From contig ONGB01000001.1 of assembly GCA_900317295.1 (NCBI GenBank), positions 1 to 63,693 of the forward strand: a stretch of 63,693 nt of DNA, written 5' to 3'. The DNA comes from an uncultured Erysipelotrichaceae bacterium. GTDB lineage: Bacteria; Bacillota_I; Bacilli_A; RFN20; CAG-826. The position numbers and the translations under genes are program-made. A model generated the notes under the pieces. That model was not told the DNA's origin and made no database searches. It saw nothing but the letters and a program-made list of their open reading frames with translations. Below, piece by piece: positions 58,863-63,693 of the stretch. Within the stretch, counting starts at the first letter, position 1. Each line of letters opens with the position of its first letter.

Positions 58863-59357
58863 ATGAAATACTGCACCAAATGCGGGTCGCCGATGAATGA
58901 CGACGCCCTGTTCTGCCCCAAATGCGGCACCAAGGTCGAAGAAGTGGTGAGGGATACCCCCGCCCCCGAAAACACCCCAGCGCCCGAGAATGCCCCGGCG
59001 CCTGAGAACGCCCCCGCATCCGAAGCCACGCCGAAGCCCGCGGGCAAAGTCGCGAGGAAGGCCACCCCGCTTTATGAACAAACCCTGAAGGAGATCTTGC
59101 CGCCTCCTTTGGCGTTGATCGTCGGTTCGATCGTTTTATGGATCCTCAACGCGACTTTGTATCCGACCGGGATCGCTAAAGTGGGGCCGTTGCTCATCTT
59201 CATGCTCATCACCGGGTTTTTCGGGGCGATCTCGATGGTACGCGCGATCAAATGCCTGACGCGAAAGATCTATTACAAATCGGTCCTGTCCTTTGTGTTC
59301 TTCGGATTATTGGTGGCCTGCTTCTTCATCGATTTCGTGGTTCTCGTCAGCGCCTAA
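58863..59357 (+). CDS. zinc-ribbon membrane protein with PAPEN repeats
   Basis: MKYCTKCGSPMNDDALFCPKCGTKV zinc ribbon, PAPENTPAPENAPAPENAP linker, three TM segments. Confidence 0.65.
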   Translation: MKYCTKCGSPMNDDALFCPKCGTKVEEVVRDTPAPENTPAPENAPAPENAPASEATPKPAGKVARKATPLYEQTLKEILPPPLALIVGSIVLWILNATLYPTGIAKVGPLLIFMLITGFFGAISMVRAIKCLTRKIYYKSVLSFVFFGLLVACFFIDFVVLVSA

Positions 59358-59456
59358 TCTTTTGTTTTGATTAATCTCATAAAACTTGGGTTGTTTTTGT
59401 GACGCTTTCGTGGCGGTTATTGATTACAATAAATCAATCCCTTGGAGGCATTATCC

Positions 59457-61388
59457 ATGAAATCCCCAAAACTATTGTTCGTCTTGATGGCCGCTGGGCT
59501 GCTTTCTAGCTGCGGAGCCACGCCCATCCTTCCGTCTTCTTCTATCGATTCTTCTGAAGAAACCTCTTCCCAAGAGGAAGTTTCCTCGGAGAGCGAAGAG
59601 AGTTCGACCGAGCCCGCTCCCACGCTCAACAAGATGGCGGTCGACCACTATAACCTCGTCTATTGCCCCTACGAACCCGAAGATCCTCGGTCGATCTCAT
59701 TTGATGGCGAGTGGACCGAATATAAATCCACGTCCCCCTTGGATTTCTATTATTTCGATGACCAAGACGAGTTGCCTTATATCAGCGTGGACACCTATGC
59801 CGCCCTTCTAGGCAAAGACCTAAAAGATGGCTATGCCGTCACCGCGAAGGAAGTGGGAGAAGCCGCGACCATCGAATTCACCAAAGGCGAGGAGAAGCTG
59901 CTCTCGATCAAATTCGACCGTGCGAATAAGCAGGTCACCCGTTCCCCGGGCTCCATCGAACCCGCGCTGAAGGCCACTGGGATTCTGAAGAATTCCGTCG
60001 TCGAATACATCCAGATGCAAGAAGGGATGCTCAAAGGTGAGAACTTCGACTTCGTCTATTCCTGGAAGAACACCGACTTCCATACCTTTTCCCATGAAGG
60101 GAAGAACTATTTCCCCTTCGCTTTGCTTGATCTCCAGCTCTCCAAAGACACCGGCCGTTCCTTCTTCTTCCTCGGCGGAAGGAAAGAAATCTATGAGGTG
60201 TGCGACACCAAACAATATGAAGACATCTCCCTGAAGACCAAAACCAAGGAGGGGGCGGACGTCTACCGCAACGTCAACACCTTCGCTCGCGAGGAATTCG
60301 AAGAGAAGTTCGGCGAGGTCATCCAAAGCCAGAGTGGTTCCTTCACCGTGCCGAGACTCCCGGAATACCTGACCCGTTATGAGCGCGATTCCTTCTATTA
60401 CGTCATGGATAACTTCTATGGCCTCGGGGAAACGCTTGGCTACAAATCGATGGCGGCTTTCTTAAATAACACCGTCTATGCCGAGCGGATGCTTAGCAAC
60501 AACGGCCAAGTGCGCGCGGCGGCTTATTCCTACGCCTGCTCGATCCTCAACGACAACCATACCCTCTTCCAAGGAAGCGGCGTGGCCGATGAGGCGACCG
60601 GGATCGGCGGTCTTTCTTATGGCCAAACCCTCGGCGGCGACCGCACGGCGTTGCAGCGCATCCTGAAGGCCCAGCGCGACGCCGTCTTGGCCAAAGAAGG
60701 GAAAGAAGCCACCGAGGTCCGTTATAGCGATGACGGCAAAGTCGCCTATTTCAGCTTCGACGAATTCGCCGGGGTCAAATACGACGAGACCGAAGGCAAG
60801 CCCGCGAGCATCAATAAGGACGACACCTATCTCCTATTCCTGAATAACCTCAAAGCGATTCAAGCCAAAACCGGGGTCGAGAAAGTCGTCATCGATGACA
60901 CGATCAATGGCGGCGGTTACGTGGCGCAGCTCGTCAAATTGCTCTGCCTTTTGAGCAAAGACAACAGCTCCACCATCTATTACCGTAACGGGGAGAACAA
61001 CTCCGTCGGTTATATGACGAGCAAGGTCGATGTCGACCTCGACGGCAAAATCGATGAGGCGGATAAGACCTTCGGCGCCGACTTCAAGTTCTATATCCTC
61101 ACCTCGCCCTATTCCTTCTCCTGCGGCAACGCCTTTCCCAAATACGCGGAGGATCTTGGCCTCGCTAAGATCATCGGCAATAAGAGCGGTGGCGGCGAAT
61201 GCATCGTCGGTGGATCCCAGCTCCCCTATGGATGCGCGCTTGGGTATTCCTCCAATATGCATCTAGGCTTCTATAACCAGGAGGCGGACACCTTCTCCGG
61301 CTACGAAGCCGGGGCGTATCCGGCGTTACAGATCTCGGAGAACTTCTACGACGTCAACGCGATTGCCAACGCGATCTCGAAGATCTAA
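59457..61388 (+). CDS. lipoprotein, S41 (tail-specific protease)-like C-terminal domain
   Basis: Signal MKSPKLLFVLMAAGLLSSC, S/E linker, then VVIDDTINGGGY...ILTSPYSFSCGNAFP...GNKSGGG resembling the S41 core. Confidence 0.55.
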   Translation: MKSPKLLFVLMAAGLLSSCGATPILPSSSIDSSEETSSQEEVSSESEESSTEPAPTLNKMAVDHYNLVYCPYEPEDPRSISFDGEWTEYKSTSPLDFYYFDDQDELPYISVDTYAALLGKDLKDGYAVTAKEVGEAATIEFTKGEEKLLSIKFDRANKQVTRSPGSIEPALKATGILKNSVVEYIQMQEGMLKGENFDFVYSWKNTDFHTFSHEGKNYFPFALLDLQLSKDTGRSFFFLGGRKEIYEVCDTKQYEDISLKTKTKEGADVYRNVNTFAREEFEEKFGEVIQSQSGSFTVPRLPEYLTRYERDSFYYVMDNFYGLGETLGYKSMAAFLNNTVYAERMLSNNGQVRAAAYSYACSILNDNHTLFQGSGVADEATGIGGLSYGQTLGGDRTALQRILKAQRDAVLAKEGKEATEVRYSDDGKVAYFSFDEFAGVKYDETEGKPASINKDDTYLLFLNNLKAIQAKTGVEKVVIDDTINGGGYVAQLVKLLCLLSKDNSSTIYYRNGENNSVGYMTSKVDVDLDGKIDEADKTFGADFKFYILTSPYSFSCGNAFPKYAEDLGLAKIIGNKSGGGECIVGGSQLPYGCALGYSSNMHLGFYNQEADTFSGYEAGAYPALQISENFYDVNAIANAISKI

Positions 61389-61395
61389 ATAAGGG

Positions 61396-61420
61396 AAAGA
61401 GGAGTGATCCTCTTTTTCTT
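61396..61420 (+). terminator. rho-independent terminator
   Basis: aaagagga-gtga-tcctcttt followed by TTCTTTT. Confidence 0.7.
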
Positions 61421-61477
61421 TTATCTAGATGGTAAATATTCGAAAGCGGGATAGAATGTCTCTACAGAAGGTATTTT

Positions 61478-61996
61478 ATGAAACGTTTTTTCACCAATAA
61501 CCCCATGAAATCCCGCCTCTTTTTGTCTTTCTTGCCTTTGTTCGCCCTCCTATCGGGGTGCACCTGGGATGAGGGGTGGAAGGACTATAACACCCCGGAA
61601 CTTTTCCTTAGCCACGCCCAGGTTCATCCCTATGTGACCGTCACTTCTTCCGAAATCCCCGATGCGAAGGTCCAGGATTATGATCTATTGATTCAAAAGG
61701 CGATGCTGGAATGCGAATATACCGCCTCTAGCAAAGTTACCCCGACGACAGAGCGTCATTTCTCCTATAACATCCTCATCAGCCCCTCCACTGCGGGGCC
61801 GAACCATTCCGAGATGCACGTCTACGCGGATGGGGCGGTGCGCATCGATTACAAATCCGCGTTAGGCTCCCCGCATTCGTTTTATTTCTCTTTGGCCCCT
61901 TCTTCCGCGGCTGGACTTAATGCTTTTGTTGAACACCGCATCCAAGAAAATGCCCTTATCGAGGAGCAGGAACTGGATTCCGCCGCTCTCGCGTAA
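61478..61996 (+). CDS. hypothetical lipoprotein
   Basis: Lipobox LFALLSGC. The alternative start at 61505 (MKSRLFLSFLPLFALLSGC) gives a more canonical signal peptide. Confidence 0.6.
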   Translation: MKRFFTNNPMKSRLFLSFLPLFALLSGCTWDEGWKDYNTPELFLSHAQVHPYVTVTSSEIPDAKVQDYDLLIQKAMLECEYTASSKVTPTTERHFSYNILISPSTAGPNHSEMHVYADGAVRIDYKSALGSPHSFYFSLAPSSAAGLNAFVEHRIQENALIEEQELDSAALA

Positions 61997-62160
61997 AGTA
62001 AGTTTTCCTTTGTCAATTTATTTCCAAAACAAAAGTGTATTTTGCGTTGAAAAAAGGCCATTTTTCAGGGCTTTCCAACATAGGCACTTGCCCGTAATGC
62101 GTTTAGGCAATACAATGCCTTTCCATAGAGATTGCACGAAGACAGTCGGGAGGATCTCAT

Positions 62161-63693
62161 ATGAAACATTTTGCGAAGTTCGGCCTATTCTCTTTGGCCT
62201 TGTCTCTGGTACTTGGATCAGGGATCGCCGCTTTTGTGACCCACAAAAAAGCCGCCCAAGTCCAAGCTACCCACGCCACGCCGTCGATGATGTATCATGG
62301 CGGCCAAGAATTTAGCGACGACACCAATTTTGCTCTGGGCTATGACCTGAATAACACCCCAACTTGGGGAACTTGGAATCTCACCGGCAACGCGAGCACT
62401 TCGACTTTCACCTTTTCCGAGACGGGAAACAAACAAAAATTCCATTATTATGCGGCCACTATCCGCGTGAGCGTTACTCTTCCGGCCTATTCGCATAGCC
62501 AATTCACTTTCAATTTTTCGGCCTCTTCGACTTCCAGCGGATCAAGGGGTGAGCCTGATCATGGCCTGGAAGTTTATTTCATCGGGGCGAAGTCCGGCGG
62601 TTATTCTTCCATGAGCGATAAATTCAGCTATAACAAGGATGACTTCACGACCAAATCGACCAATGCCCTTTTTCGGGTCGGCGCGCGTGGTCATACCACG
62701 GCGAATGGCAGCAGCAGCACCCAAATTGATGTTTCCAATACGGGTTCTTCGCAAGACACGAGCCGCAGCATCTATTTCCATGTCGCGGGTTACATCGAAA
62801 CCTCCGGCTACGATCACACCCTAAACGCGTCTCTCACCACGACGATTACCGAAAACAACATCACTTACGCTTGCTATAACGCCACCTATGGCACTTATCA
62901 CGACACGCTTTCGGGCGCGGTGGCCGGCACTTATAGCAAAGAAAGCGGCGGAACGATCCGGATGTTTAAGAATTACACCGAAGCCAGCGTCTGCATCATC
63001 CAAAAATCCCTCACCATCGATTTGCAGGGCTATACCCTGACCTTCTCCCCGGCGTCCGCCCAAGCCGTCTTCTTCCTCATGCGTGGCTACAATGGCGCGG
63101 TGAATAATTGCTATTTCAGCATCACTGGCAACGGTACCGTCACCGGGGCGGCCAACGATGCTCTTATTATCGTCGGTGATGGCAAAGGCAGCAGCTACGA
63201 TAGCTATTCCTACAAATGCGTCATCGGCAACGGCACCACGGTCAACGCGACCGGCGGCAGCGCCATCTCCGTCCAGAACAACGCCACGCTTGATGCCCAA
63301 GCCGGATCGACCCTCCGGTCAACAATCAATACCGTCCGCGTCAACGGCAACGGCAAAGCTTCCTTCGCCGGCACGGTCACTTCCAGCGGCCGCAACGCCG
63401 TCTATTGCGATTCGGCGGCCTGCGGTTCCGTTGGCCTCTACGGCACCCCGGTTTTGACCCCGGCCTCTAGCTCCTATGCTTCGATTTATGTGGATGGCAC
63501 CCCGGACGCGGCCAAAATCTATGGCACCGATATCGGCGGCAGCACGATGTATCGTGGCGGCACCCAAATCACCATCGAATTCTCCGGCTCCGTCACTTCC
63601 GGCACGACGATCGTCTTCGGCATTCAGGACAATAATGCGGCGCGCGACTACGCGGCCAATTACCTCAAACTGAAGCACAACACGTTAAAACTC
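62161..63693 (+). CDS. partial (5' part) large secreted repeat protein, probable beta-helix surface protein; not in ORF track
   Basis: GGGAGGA RBS 8 nt upstream. Signal MKHFAKFGLFSLALSLVLGSGIAAFV. The frame stays open for 511 codons to the window end. Recurrent G/N/T-rich motifs such as GNGTVTGAANDALIIVGDG, NGTTVNATGGSAISVQNNATL, RVNGNGKASFAGTV. Confidence 0.75.
   Translation, partial: MKHFAKFGLFSLALSLVLGSGIAAFVTHKKAAQVQATHATPSMMYHGGQEFSDDTNFALGYDLNNTPTWGTWNLTGNASTSTFTFSETGNKQKFHYYAATIRVSVTLPAYSHSQFTFNFSASSTSSGSRGEPDHGLEVYFIGAKSGGYSSMSDKFSYNKDDFTTKSTNALFRVGARGHTTANGSSSTQIDVSNTGSSQDTSRSIYFHVAGYIETSGYDHTLNASLTTTITENNITYACYNATYGTYHDTLSGAVAGTYSKESGGTIRMFKNYTEASVCIIQKSLTIDLQGYTLTFSPASAQAVFFLMRGYNGAVNNCYFSITGNGTVTGAANDALIIVGDGKGSSYDSYSYKCVIGNGTTVNATGGSAISVQNNATLDAQAGSTLRSTINTVRVNGNGKASFAGTVTSSGRNAVYCDSAACGSVGLYGTPVLTPASSSYASIYVDGTPDAAKIYGTDIGGSTMYRGGTQITIEFSGSVTSGTTIVFGIQDNNAARDYAANYLKLKHNTLKL

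Noticed and set aside
58950-59020. PAPEN peptide repeats as a DNA-level tandem repeat or contingency locus.
   Set aside because: The three peptide units are spelled with different codons, so the repeat is imperfect at the nucleotide level and slippage-driven variation is unlikely.
61920-62315. ORF 61920..62315 (131 aa) spanning the intergenic region.
   Set aside because: It has no RBS and an odd composition. It overlaps the end of the 61478 gene and the well-supported start (RBS plus signal peptide) of the long ORF beginning at 62161 in another frame.

Overview
The window is a gene-dense chromosomal segment with Bacillota/Mollicutes-type synteny (pcrA-ligA-gatCAB; ecfA1-ecfA2-ecfT-truA ... 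rplM-rpsI; smpB). TGA is used as a stop codon. Nearly every exported protein is a lipoprotein, and several carry long acidic Ser/Glu/Thr linkers.

The first ~24 kb is a multi-operon beta-1,3-glucan (laminarin-type) utilisation locus. It encodes lipoprotein GH81 and two GH16 endoglucanases, a cytoplasmic GH30, a ~1040-aa GH94-clan (GH149/GH161-like) phosphorylase candidate, an ABC importer with an atypical MsmK-like ATPase, and a LacI-family regulator. A perfect 16-bp dyad (AGGAAACCGATTTCCT) sits at three operon starts.

The least understood parts of this locus are:
- three paralogous GLUG-like beta-helix lipoproteins;
- a shared uncharacterised C-terminal module;
- three translationally coupled membrane proteins.

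The rest of the window is mostly housekeeping genes, interrupted by:
- a membrane-protein trio with a Q/P/Y-rich tail;
- an incomplete L-FucNAc-type sugar-nucleotide gene set;
- an orphan AbiEi-like gene between truA and rplM;
- an AT-rich Fic-protein islet wedged into a tRNA cluster (Ile-GAT, Val-CAC | Fic | Thr-TGT);
- an accessory surface-protein region after tRNA-Thr, ending in a large partial ORF that the ORF track missed.

I saw no CRISPR array, rRNA, transposase or integrase. All family assignments come from motifs read by eye and need HMM or BLAST confirmation.
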